A stretch of 64,000 nucleotides of DNA from a virus. The stretch is taken from IMG/VR virus record IMGVR_UViG_3300021964_000013. One strand, 5' to 3'. Position 1 is the stretch's first letter. Every line of letters starts with the position of its first letter. Shown piece after piece: positions 11,534 to 21,132 of this stretch. A program made the position numbers and the translations under genes. The notes beneath the pieces were generated by a model, which worked only from the letters and a program-made list of their open reading frames with translations, searched no databases and was not told the origin of the DNA.

Positions 11534-12649
11534 ATGATATACGAAAACATGTCCGTTAGTGGATCGTTAAAGGTGGATAAGGTCACTGCAAGACCTCCGA
11601 AAGGTTCTGCCGCAAATAGACCCACGAATCCACTCTCAGGATCTATGTATTTAGAGACATCTGATGTGCATACGAGTTATTTGATGATATATACGGGTGT
11701 AAGTAATATCGACGGAGGATGGGAAAGAGTTGCGGCACAACAAAATATGGCGACAGGTTTTAAATTTAGACAAATCATCAACTACTCTTACATAGCCGGT
11801 GGATATAAGAGTTCGTCACCATGGAAGAATGTTCATAAATCAACTAACTCCACAGATCAAACATACCACATTGGTGAGTTATTAGATTACCCGGCGAACT
11901 ATACCTCAGGGGCGTGTAATCTTAGAATATTTTTTATGTGGTCGGTGAATACAGATGGTGCCCACAAAGGACCAACGTCCATACATAGTACCACCACATC
12001 GGCGGTTAATATGTTCACAGATACCAATTACGCACACCAATCACAACATGATATACAATATACAAGATCGGATTGTGGTACTGTTCATAAAGAACATGAT
12101 TTTGCATGGATCTTTGGTGGTAATAGAACTGAGGTGGATAAGTTTAACTTAAGTAGTGAAACGAGGATTTTAAATTATGGTGTAACATCAATTAGTAGTG
12201 GTGGGGGTGTAAGTGCATTCTCAGACGAGAATAATGGTTATATACATTCTGATGGTGGTAATAGAAAAATGAATTTTACCACAGAAACCATTAGTACCTC
12301 CTCTACTGCATGGGCGGCACACGGACAACAAAAAGGTATTTCATCTAAAGTATCAAAAGGTTATGCGGGTAATGAAGGTTCATACAATGGCGGTTATAAC
12401 CTAAGAAGGTGGGATTTAACTACCGACACCAATGTGGGTAATATTGCTAAGATCCAAGGAAACACAGGTGAAGAGAACTTCACTATGGGACAAGATCATC
12501 AGTATATGTTAGGTAACTATAATGGTGTTCAGAATAATGACACTTGGAAATTATTTTATTATACTGACACGGGTATTTTTAACCCAACAGGTTTACAACC
12601 CGCGGTTAATGGTGGAACATCTTCAGGACACTGTGGGTGGAGGGAATAA
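11534..12649 (+). CDS. Tail-associated kelch/beta-propeller-like repeat protein, paralog 3 of 3
   Basis: Colinear with paralogs 1 and 2; ends SSGHCGWRE. Confidence 0.6.
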   Translation: MIYENMSVSGSLKVDKVTARPPKGSAANRPTNPLSGSMYLETSDVHTSYLMIYTGVSNIDGGWERVAAQQNMATGFKFRQIINYSYIAGGYKSSSPWKNVHKSTNSTDQTYHIGELLDYPANYTSGACNLRIFFMWSVNTDGAHKGPTSIHSTTTSAVNMFTDTNYAHQSQHDIQYTRSDCGTVHKEHDFAWIFGGNRTEVDKFNLSSETRILNYGVTSISSGGGVSAFSDENNGYIHSDGGNRKMNFTTETISTSSTAWAAHGQQKGISSKVSKGYAGNEGSYNGGYNLRRWDLTTDTNVGNIAKIQGNTGEENFTMGQDHQYMLGNYNGVQNNDTWKLFYYTDTGIFNPTGLQPAVNGGTSSGHCGWRE

Positions 12650-12731
12650 TATAGATCATTTAAACGATATTTTAAAATATCACTTCATTAAACGATAATT
12701 TTTACGTATATTATAGATAAAATATAGAAAT

Positions 12732-13496
12732 ATGTCAGAAGGTTATACCTACAGTAAAGAATCGGGATTAAAAGACGAAATGAGTAAAAAATTACTCGAT
12801 ATCGCAGAGGGGGTATCATTCGCACTTCCTAAGTATAAAGCGGATAATTTTGTCGGTGGGGCACAAATCACACCATACGCAAAATTAAAACAATGGTTAC
12901 TTGAGTTAAGAGGTAGAGAAGACATTGTGGAACACTTAGAGTATACGGTTCGTAAACAAGAATTAGAGATACAAATACAAGAAGAAAGTAAAGAATTTTT
13001 AACCGACTCTAAAAGAAAACAATTGGTTGATCTAACTATTGCGGATATGAAGATCGACCTGAGAAAGTTCCAAAGAAACCTAAAAGATGCCCACATCGAA
13101 AGACAAGGTTTTATAGATCTAATTAAAGACTTCTTAGAGAGTGATGATGCGAAACTACCTGACGGTGGTAACCTGATTGATGTTATTGGTAATAAAGAAT
13201 TAGAACATAAATACGAACACGAATATTGGACTGTTCGTATGGCTAAACAGGCGATGTTGGATATGGTTTCTTATGGTAGAATTGGAACAGGTAATTTAGA
13301 TTCGATTCTTATGATGTCACCCGACCAACAAAAGGATGTTTTATCACTTGCTTCATCTTACACAGTATTTATTGATAAGAATATTAATCAATTAATGTCG
13401 AACGCATCTGTAAATAACTTCTCCATTGAAGAATCATTGAGAAAACAATTAAAGTTGGGTGAGGCAGATAAACCTGATACTGAAAAATTATTATAA
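12732..13496 (+). CDS. Coiled-coil phage protein, possible fibre assembly factor
   Basis: 254-aa ORF with long helical charged segments, in the fibre locus. Confidence 0.5.
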   Translation: MSEGYTYSKESGLKDEMSKKLLDIAEGVSFALPKYKADNFVGGAQITPYAKLKQWLLELRGREDIVEHLEYTVRKQELEIQIQEESKEFLTDSKRKQLVDLTIADMKIDLRKFQRNLKDAHIERQGFIDLIKDFLESDDAKLPDGGNLIDVIGNKELEHKYEHEYWTVRMAKQAMLDMVSYGRIGTGNLDSILMMSPDQQKDVLSLASSYTVFIDKNINQLMSNASVNNFSIEESLRKQLKLGEADKPDTEKLL

Positions 13497-14236
13497 TGAA
13501 ACACATTCTTTTTAAAATGAGGGGAGAAGTTCCCGGATATATAAGAGTTATCGGTTCGTACATGAATTACTACTATGGTAGGATTGAAGATGTATATGAC
13601 GATATGAGATTACAACTTAACGAGTTAAATGCAGTAGTCATTCCCGAGGAGGTTGGTAATGGTTATATTTTTGCCGATATATACTTAGATTATGTAAGTG
13701 TGAGAACGAATTCATCTATGATGGATGAGATTCCCGTCTTGGCACAATCTTCAGAGACTGAAGAAGAAAAAGTTAGGTACACATTGACCGAGAATGATAG
13801 ATCTGCGGGTGTGGAATTTAACAAAGCCGTACTCTTAAAAGTTATCGCTGATAGATTTTCTGAAAGACATAAGGATCTTATGGTTGACACATCCAAACTC
13901 GAAAAAGATACGTGGGAAGAACAAAAAAGAGAAGCACTCGGATACCAATCAGACAATACATACCCAACACCTGTTATTGATATTTTATCTCAGGGAAGAA
14001 ACATAGATAAATCGACATTCATTCAAAAGATTATTGATAACGTAAACACATACAATACCAAATTAGCCAACTTACTTTTAGAACAACAACTATTAGAACA
14101 AAGAGTAAAGGATTGTGTGACCCTCGCCGACTGTCATAGACTTAAACATGAGAAATTTGGTGTTGCGATGAGTAAACAACAGAAGGAAGATGAGAATGTC
14201 GAATCTACACCACTTACACTGAAAATGGATTTCTAA
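13496..14236 (+). CDS. Tail fibre assembly chaperone-like protein
   Basis: C-terminal E..TW..Q..EA..Y..D...PTP.I..L...R.I pattern resembling fibre assembly chaperones; coupled to the upstream gene (TAATG). Confidence 0.45.
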   Translation: MKHILFKMRGEVPGYIRVIGSYMNYYYGRIEDVYDDMRLQLNELNAVVIPEEVGNGYIFADIYLDYVSVRTNSSMMDEIPVLAQSSETEEEKVRYTLTENDRSAGVEFNKAVLLKVIADRFSERHKDLMVDTSKLEKDTWEEQKREALGYQSDNTYPTPVIDILSQGRNIDKSTFIQKIIDNVNTYNTKLANLLLEQQLLEQRVKDCVTLADCHRLKHEKFGVAMSKQQKEDENVESTPLTLKMDF

Positions 14237-14246
14237 ATAACGTTAA

Positions 14247-15245
14247 ATGAATTTAGCAATAAATGGTACATGTGCTAAAGGTTGTTCATTTTGTTTTACC
14301 AAAGAAGACGCAAGGTTAAAACATACCCTTGGTGAAATGACAATAAAAAAGGTCGGGGAACTCCTCGACCATTTTGATGTTGAGGGTGCGGGTGAAGAAG
14401 TTACCATTTTAGGTGGAGAACCAACCCAACACTCTAACTTCACAGGTATTGTCGATTATATAATCTCGAGAGGACATAAAATCAATTTAGTTAGTAATCT
14501 TCTATTCGGTAAGAGAACTTTAGACTACATCACCAACAACATTAGATACATAAGATGGGTACTTCCCAATGGTGCGGAACTGAATGAAAAGAATAGAATG
14601 AATCTATTCAAAAAGAATTACCTATCTCTTTATACTGCATATGCAAATACATGGACTTTTAGGGACAATGCAAGACTATTCATCGCAATTACTCTGTCGA
14701 GTGATTGGAAGGAAAGGAAGATGTTTGAGTATGTTAAATGGTTACACAGTGAATTGGGTGGTAGACTAAATGCAATTAGGTTAGGTGTTGACCTTACAGA
14801 TACTTACATGGTTAATAATAAAGAGTTGGGTAGTGAAATCACTAAGATCTTAAAATTTGCCAAGTATAATAACATCCAAGTAGTTTCCGATTGTCAGATA
14901 CCCCCATGTATGTGGGAAGGAAAAACCAAAGAGTCAATTATTGAAAACTCAATGGGGTTTGCAACTTTCAAAGTACCGGGTTATGACACGATATGTGGTT
15001 TTATGCCCTTAGATATATTCCCTAATGGTAGTTCAATACATTGTTACCCTTTACAGGATAAATTAAAGATAGATAATGTCTTGAATATCAAAGGGGAAAA
15101 TAGTATATTATCATTGAGAGATGAGTTCGATAAACTCTACGAAGAGAATCATAAAAATTATACCCTCCCAAAGGACTGTTTAGAATGTGTCTTCTACAAG
15201 ACCGAGTGTAATGGGATATGTGGGGGATGTTTAGAAGGTGAGTAA
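14247..15245 (+). CDS. Radical SAM protein with C-terminal SPASM/twitch-like Cys cluster
   Basis: CAKGCSFC (CxxxCxxC), GGEPT motif, C-terminal CLECVFYKTECNGICGGC. Confidence 0.9.
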   Translation: MNLAINGTCAKGCSFCFTKEDARLKHTLGEMTIKKVGELLDHFDVEGAGEEVTILGGEPTQHSNFTGIVDYIISRGHKINLVSNLLFGKRTLDYITNNIRYIRWVLPNGAELNEKNRMNLFKKNYLSLYTAYANTWTFRDNARLFIAITLSSDWKERKMFEYVKWLHSELGGRLNAIRLGVDLTDTYMVNNKELGSEITKILKFAKYNNIQVVSDCQIPPCMWEGKTKESIIENSMGFATFKVPGYDTICGFMPLDIFPNGSSIHCYPLQDKLKIDNVLNIKGENSILSLRDEFDKLYEENHKNYTLPKDCLECVFYKTECNGICGGCLEGE

Positions 15246-16278
15246 AATATTTTCAATACCGTTAAATCCGATGTTGACTGAACAGGCGTTCAATCACATT
15301 TTTTATCCCTTTCTTGAAAAGAATAAGGAGTGGATATACGATATCTATTTTACATGTAGGATACCTCCTTTCACCCAAGATGCGATGGGTTCAGTTATAC
15401 TACCTGAATTTGAAGATGCGGTATTCGAAAACGCAATGGTGATACAGGAACGTTTAGGGATACGAGTAAGCGCCACTTTCAATAATTTTAATGTCTCTCC
15501 CAAATACGATAACTACAAACTCTTTGTAGATAACTTAAGACCACTTTATGAAAAAGGTTTAAGATCTATGACCATACCTCATGGTCATTGGGTTGCAATG
15601 GGTTTGAAGAACGAGTTTCCTGAAATGGAAATAAAGAACACAATCTTAAGGAAAGTGTCCACCGCTCAGGACTTTTGGTATAACGCAGAACAAGGTTTCG
15701 ACTACATCAACGTAGATAGAATACTCATGAGGGATGAGGAGGAACTAAAGAATATTAGACGTGCTCAATTAATGTTCCAACAGAAACATGGTAGGTATGT
15801 AAAGATCGCACTACTAACCAATGAAGGGTGTTTGGGTAGATGTCCTGTAATGGATGAACATTACTCTTATAATAACCTTAGACAACCTAATGAGTTGCCT
15901 TACTTTCATCACGAGATTTCTAAAGTCACATGTGAGTATAAATGGGAAAACGAGATTGATGCATTTATGTTTAAGACCGCAACAATCCCCCCATTCAAAG
16001 AAGAGTTTGATGAATTCCTAAACCACGTAGACGTATTTAAAATGCATGGTAGAGATAGTTTTGATAGATTAAACGAAACTATGGAGATTGTGGAATCATA
16101 TGTTGCGGGTAGAGAGGTGTTATCAGAAACATCTAAAACATATTTGGATGGTATTCCATTTGAAGAACTTAGGGGTTGGAGAAAGAAAATTAAGAAATGT
16201 AGGTTCCAATGTTGGGATTGTAATTACTGTGACATAGTTGCAGATCATAAGAAAAAGAAACTGTATGGATCTAATTAA
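15238..16278 (+). CDS. Peptidase U32 family protein (Fe-S hydroxylase-like)
   Basis: NEGCLGRCP..EHY, later Cys, DVFKMHGR motif; C-terminal CRFQCWDCNYC. Confidence 0.75.
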   Translation: MSKIFSIPLNPMLTEQAFNHIFYPFLEKNKEWIYDIYFTCRIPPFTQDAMGSVILPEFEDAVFENAMVIQERLGIRVSATFNNFNVSPKYDNYKLFVDNLRPLYEKGLRSMTIPHGHWVAMGLKNEFPEMEIKNTILRKVSTAQDFWYNAEQGFDYINVDRILMRDEEELKNIRRAQLMFQQKHGRYVKIALLTNEGCLGRCPVMDEHYSYNNLRQPNELPYFHHEISKVTCEYKWENEIDAFMFKTATIPPFKEEFDEFLNHVDVFKMHGRDSFDRLNETMEIVESYVAGREVLSETSKTYLDGIPFEELRGWRKKIKKCRFQCWDCNYCDIVADHKKKKLYGSN

Positions 16279-16927
16279 ACACATTGACGATTCTATACAT
16301 TGGGGGGAAAGAGAAGTCTCAAAACTCACTCAGGATATACTGAACATCCACGGGATTACGAGTAATAAGGTAAGGTCATTTCTAAATAATATATGTTCAA
16401 TAGGTGGGAATTTTTTAGAGATAGGGGTTTTTAGAGGGGCCACTTTCTGTTCATCAATTTATGGAAACGATATCCATGCTATTGGAATTGATAATTTTGC
16501 ATCACCTAACCTTACTCCTATGGGGGTAAGTCAAAGATTGGCATCCTATCTTAAACAGGGTCTCGATATACCACCACAAGAGGATTTTCTTAATAATGTT
16601 AAAAGATTCGGAAACCCCGAAAAATTAGATGTTTATAAAACAGACTACACAACCTTTGATTATACTCAACTACCCAAACTAAATATTATTTTCTATGATG
16701 GTGACACTCGTTTTCATGATCAATATGTGGTACTTAAAAAGTTAGTTCCATTATTCTCAGATCAAACTATTCTAATAATGGATGATTGGAATTGGAACAG
16801 TGGTGCGTTAGAGAGGGTTATAGAGGAAGGGGGTTTATACGTTACCCACAAAAGGGAGATTTTCACAAGTGGTGAAAACATGGATGACTTTTGGAATGGG
16901 TTAGGTATATTCTTAATTGAGTCTTGA
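16265..16927 (+). CDS. Class I SAM-dependent methyltransferase (Methyltransf_24-like)
   Basis: FLEIGVFRGAT motif I, IGIDNF, IIFYDGD, LIMDDW; likely start ATG 16265. Confidence 0.8.
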   Translation: MDLIKHIDDSIHWGEREVSKLTQDILNIHGITSNKVRSFLNNICSIGGNFLEIGVFRGATFCSSIYGNDIHAIGIDNFASPNLTPMGVSQRLASYLKQGLDIPPQEDFLNNVKRFGNPEKLDVYKTDYTTFDYTQLPKLNIIFYDGDTRFHDQYVVLKKLVPLFSDQTILIMDDWNWNSGALERVIEEGGLYVTHKREIFTSGENMDDFWNGLGIFLIES

Positions 16928-16993
16928 TAAAACAAAGGGATTTCGTTATATTCTCAATGTACTTAGGTACATAATATTTCATAAAAATTTAAA

Positions 16994-17920
16994 ATGAAAA
17001 AACAAAGAACACCATCATTTGGGTTGGTGAAATCGTTGGGTACAATCATGAGGTTTGTAACTAACAAAACAATGTTAATTTTATTTTTGGTGGTTTTGAG
17101 TATACCGAACGTGTATGGTCAATATTCAGGACGAACCCTAAACAATGGAAAACAAGACAGTACAGAGGTTAAGAACCTTAAAGAAGTCGTTGTCACCGCA
17201 AGAAGGTACTCACAATTCGAATTGGTTGGTGAAAACAATCAACCGGCATGGACTTTAGTGAGAAAATTCCCTTCAACAAGAACTTACATTATGGTCCCGA
17301 AAGGTACAGTGATGTATGAGAAATGGTTTGATATGAGATCCCCAAGGGGAGGTGATCCTACCGAAGTTAGAATGAGAGATGAGTTTGCCTTTGGTCTTGC
17401 AAATAGATTAGAATTAGATTTATATCTACACACAGTTTACAAATCAGGGGGATATGAGTCATCTTTTGGTTTTAGAGGTTTCTCATGGGAGATCCGATAT
17501 GCCCTTGCGGAATGGGGTAAGATATGGGGTAACCCGACACTATACTTCGAACACAAACTATTAGATGGTAAGTACCAAGGTATTGAACCTAAATTACTTT
17601 TGGGTGATAGAGTTGGACAACGAGGTATTTGGGGTGTAAACTTAATCTATGAAGCGTACACTGCACCTACACGGGTGGATCAGAAAAGAGAATATGCGTA
17701 TACCGCATCATACGGTCAAATCATAAATGACGACCTAACTATTGGAGTCTCTAATATGTTTAGACACAACGATGTTGATGGTTCTAATGAATGGTACATT
17801 GGACCCGCGGTTCAGTATAGATTTAATGGTAACGCATACCTAAATTTCGAGTTGTTACCGGGGTTAAATGAGGATGCTAAACTTTATAGGAACACAATCA
17901 TATTTGGATGGAGATTTTAA
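16994..17920 (+). CDS. Predicted exported outer-membrane beta-barrel-like protein
   Basis: Hydrophobic signal-like stretch LILFLVVLSIPNVYGQ, LKEVVVTAR motif, alternating beta-strand pattern, C-terminal aromatic IIFGWRF. Confidence 0.55.
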   Translation: MKKQRTPSFGLVKSLGTIMRFVTNKTMLILFLVVLSIPNVYGQYSGRTLNNGKQDSTEVKNLKEVVVTARRYSQFELVGENNQPAWTLVRKFPSTRTYIMVPKGTVMYEKWFDMRSPRGGDPTEVRMRDEFAFGLANRLELDLYLHTVYKSGGYESSFGFRGFSWEIRYALAEWGKIWGNPTLYFEHKLLDGKYQGIEPKLLLGDRVGQRGIWGVNLIYEAYTAPTRVDQKREYAYTASYGQIINDDLTIGVSNMFRHNDVDGSNEWYIGPAVQYRFNGNAYLNFELLPGLNEDAKLYRNTIIFGWRF

Positions 17921-18912
17921 TTAAAGGACAACATTTTTTAATATATCTAACATTTATCATGTTCGTGACGGGTATTCTTAAAGACAAAGGATACCTGTCC
18001 GATGTATTCCGTTGGATTGCAAGAAATGTGAAGTCAAAGAAAATGGTAGTCTTTTTCGTATCTCTATTCGGAGGAGTACTACCAATACCGGGGAGAGTTG
18101 CACTATCTGCAAGTATGTTGAATTCAATAGCACCTATAGATAGAAAAAAGAGAAAGAAGTTTGGTATCATAGATTACTTGGCAACACACCATTACTATCT
18201 GTGGTCACCTCTTGAGAAAACTGTAATCATTCCTATGGCGGTTATCGGGTTTACTTATAAGGAGTTCATGGGTTTAATATGGCCACTACTTCTCATTAGT
18301 GTTCTTTATATTGCATATTACATCATGACATTAAAGGACGATGAGATTGATTTAGAGATAACAGATGAACCTACAGATTGGAGGAATATCGTATTCGTTG
18401 TTATACCTTTCTTAATTACTATTTTGGTATCTTGTTTTACGGATTATTATTTCTTTGCATTTTTCGTCTTCACATTATACCTAACCCAATACTCCAACAG
18501 TTGGAAAAAACTATATGGATATGTGAATGGTGAATTAATTATCATAGTCGGTTTGGTTATTATATTAGGTAACATTGCAAACTATTACTACGATGATATC
18601 GAAAATTATATCCGACTATACACAGAACCCGAACACATACTTGTGGTTGCGGTTTTAGGTTTCCTTTCTTCATTCTTATTGGGATCATCCGCTAAGTATG
18701 CGAGTATTGTGAGTTTATTAACTGTTGTGTTCGGTGTTGAATATTTTGTTTTATTCTTCACTTTAGAATATTCAGGATATTTAATATCACCCTCACATAA
18801 ATGTTTACCCATTGGTCAGAAATATTTTCACACAGGTTTTATGACTTACTTAAAGGCATTAATCATATGGATAGGATTTATGGTGACTTATGGTATTATA
18901 ACAGTGATTTAG
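17908..18912 (+). CDS. Multi-pass membrane transporter (DUF401 / ion-transporter-superfamily-like)
   Basis: About 9-10 hydrophobic helices; GGVLPIPGRVALSA and SPSHKCL motifs. Confidence 0.6.
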   Translation: MEILIKGQHFLIYLTFIMFVTGILKDKGYLSDVFRWIARNVKSKKMVVFFVSLFGGVLPIPGRVALSASMLNSIAPIDRKKRKKFGIIDYLATHHYYLWSPLEKTVIIPMAVIGFTYKEFMGLIWPLLLISVLYIAYYIMTLKDDEIDLEITDEPTDWRNIVFVVIPFLITILVSCFTDYYFFAFFVFTLYLTQYSNSWKKLYGYVNGELIIIVGLVIILGNIANYYYDDIENYIRLYTEPEHILVVAVLGFLSSFLLGSSAKYASIVSLLTVVFGVEYFVLFFTLEYSGYLISPSHKCLPIGQKYFHTGFMTYLKALIIWIGFMVTYGIITVI

Positions 18913-18914
18913 AC

Positions 18915-18943
18915 TTGACTTTTTAAGTCAAATAAAGTATATT
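18915..18943 (+). promoter_or_regulatory. Sigma70-like promoter TTGACT-N17-TATATT with overlapping inverted repeat
   Basis: Exact 17-nt spacing; TTGACTT-ttt-AAGTCAA inverted repeat over the -35 box. Confidence 0.6.
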
Positions 18944-18959
18944 TTAAAAAAAAGAAATT

Positions 18960-19406
18960 ATGTCTACAAAATTAACGATCGATCAAATTTTGCAGCTTGA
19001 TGCTGAAATTAACGGGTTCACCAACCCTCAAACAGGTGACGTAGTCTATGAAGGTTTCGTTAAACAACCACTATCAATTCTACTCAAGTATGAATTAACT
19101 GAATTATCTAACACCCTAAAAGAGGAAAGAGAAAAGGTTGATTCATTAAGAAATGAGTTAATTGAAAAGTATGGTGAAAGTAACGAAGATGGTAGTATTC
19201 AAATCAGTCCGACCATTGAAGAGAAAAAGGGTAAGAAAACTGAAACAGTAAGAAACCCTAAGTATGTGGAGTTCGTTGAAGAATACAACAAGTTACTTCA
19301 AAAAGAAATCGAGGTCTCTCACCCTGAGATTACTAAAGAAGACCTTAAAGATGCGGGTAAAACCAAAGATCAATACAATATATTATTTAAATTGGTTACA
19401 GGTTAA
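18960..19406 (+). CDS. Hypothetical phage protein
   Basis: 148-aa ORF with its own promoter. Confidence 0.6.
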   Translation: MSTKLTIDQILQLDAEINGFTNPQTGDVVYEGFVKQPLSILLKYELTELSNTLKEEREKVDSLRNELIEKYGESNEDGSIQISPTIEEKKGKKTETVRNPKYVEFVEEYNKLLQKEIEVSHPEITKEDLKDAGKTKDQYNILFKLVTG

Positions 19407-20500
19407 ACCTTATTTCTGATTTCAATCAACAAATTTCCGATTTGATATTCCCCTACTTCGTAGTGTGGGATTGATAATCGGATTTTGTTTATAGTATACA
19501 TATCCTCATCGGTCATGGGGTATGTTTCGTACACCATTACATCAACCATTTCAGGTAAAACAAATTTAGATCTTATATCATAATTTGTATTCTGTTGTTC
19601 GTTTTTGATGTAGTCTTCAGGTACCTTACCAAGATTAATCTTATCGAAGTAAGGTTCGAGATTGTAAAGTTTACTATCATTTAGTGTGGTAAGACCCATG
19701 TTAAAAGTCTTATAGGTGAATATCTCATCCTCCCAATATCTAAGTTCATTGAACACGGGAATAGGTATACCCCACTTACGTATGAAATTTCTTATGTTTC
19801 TGTGTTCACTCAACCTACTTTCATCGGAGCGTAACTCCCTACTTGTTTTAGACACGAAGTGATAGACCACAGCACACTCTGTAGTTTTAAGGTTATACCC
19901 CTTTAGTTTTGCTCTAATTAGGAAGTCATCATCTTCACAAAAGAAGGGATCGAAAGTAAATCCATCGAATAACCCCACATCCATAAAGACCGACTTATAA
20001 CCTGACATGAAAAATGTACCACCATCAACTAATACATCATTATGTTTCACCCGATCAACATACTCATTAAACATTGGGTAATTGAAATCAAAAAACGATC
20101 TACCAAGATCTAACAATACCTTACCGGGTCTTTTATGTCCCTTAAAAATTGGGGGTTCAATTGTGGTGTAAGTTAAAAGAGTCTTTTCATCAATTAGACG
20201 AGATAGGTTTTCTAAAAAGTTCTGACCAATAACCATATCATTATGGATTAGAACTAATTTTTCAGTATCTACTAATTTGATGGCGGAGTTGTAATTGTCA
20301 GAAAAGGTTAGTTTATCATCGTCATGTATAAATGAAAGGTAATCATCCTCTAACGACTGTAACCATTCTAACGTACCATCAGTTGAACCACCACTACTTA
20401 TGACCATTGGTGCTTCGGGGTATATATCTCGTATTCTATTATAACAATCTTTTGTGTAGTCTAAATTATTGTAGACTGCAAGTACTAATGATATATCCAT
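19403..20500 (-). CDS. Glycosyltransferase family 2
   Basis: ISLVLAVYNNLDYT, GSTDGT, HNDMV, FCEDDDF motifs. Confidence 0.85.
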   Translation of the reverse strand: MDISLVLAVYNNLDYTKDCYNRIRDIYPEAPMVISSGGSTDGTLEWLQSLEDDYLSFIHDDDKLTFSDNYNSAIKLVDTEKLVLIHNDMVIGQNFLENLSRLIDEKTLLTYTTIEPPIFKGHKRPGKVLLDLGRSFFDFNYPMFNEYVDRVKHNDVLVDGGTFFMSGYKSVFMDVGLFDGFTFDPFFCEDDDFLIRAKLKGYNLKTTECAVVYHFVSKTSRELRSDESRLSEHRNIRNFIRKWGIPIPVFNELRYWEDEIFTYKTFNMGLTTLNDSKLYNLEPYFDKINLGKVPEDYIKNEQQNTNYDIRSKFVLPEMVDVMVYETYPMTDEDMYTINKIRLSIPHYEVGEYQIGNLLIEIRNKV

Positions 20501-20502
20501 AA

Positions 20503-21132
20503 TTATGATTGGAGGTCGTCGTATAGTTTATTTTGTCTCTCCTGTCTTTCGATGGTTTTAGGGTGGATTAGAGAGTAGATCTCATCCTCAGGTAGGTTAG
20601 TGTAGGTATTGAAGTTAACTAACCTCTCATGCACCTTACCGTACCATCTTATTCTACCTTCTTTCTTCCATATACGAGTTTGGTAATCAGGGAAGTTAAC
20701 CCAACCTTTTTTATTGGTCCTCCAACCCCAATTTTCCACATGTTCTTCAGTTAGTCCATCAACAGTATTAACTCTCGGAACTAAAAACACCTCATTCTTA
20801 GGGTTGACCAATATAATCTCAGGTAAGACCCTAATTAAGTTAGGGTGTGGTATTTCATCTGCATCTATTTGGAATATGTAATCACCTCTACAGTAATCAA
20901 TTAAATTATTTTTCCATTCACCGAAATGACCCTCGAAATAACCCCTCCACATTTGGAAGTTCGGTAATTTATTATACCCGACCAACCAATCAGCAATTTC
21001 TTTGGAACCGTTCTTTTGGTCAAAAAGAACCACAATCTCATCTATCGGTCTTTTGTTCTCCAATAAGAACTTTACGAGTCTTTGGATTTCCTCAAACTCA
21101 TTACATACGGTTATTGCGTAACTAATTTTCAT
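20503..21132 (-). CDS. Glycosyltransferase family 2
   Basis: ISYAITVCNE, IFQIDADE (DxD), PDYQTRI, VHE motifs. Confidence 0.85.
   Translation of the reverse strand: MKISYAITVCNEFEEIQRLVKFLLENKRPIDEIVVLFDQKNGSKEIADWLVGYNKLPNFQMWRGYFEGHFGEWKNNLIDYCRGDYIFQIDADEIPHPNLIRVLPEIILVNPKNEVFLVPRVNTVDGLTEEHVENWGWRTNKKGWVNFPDYQTRIWKKEGRIRWYGKVHERLVNFNTYTNLPEDEIYSLIHPKTIERQERQNKLYDDLQS

Noticed and set aside
1-12649. Diversity-generating retroelement acting on the fibre or paralogs
   Set aside because: No reverse transcriptase seen; repeats are exact or differ at synonymous sites rather than only at adenines
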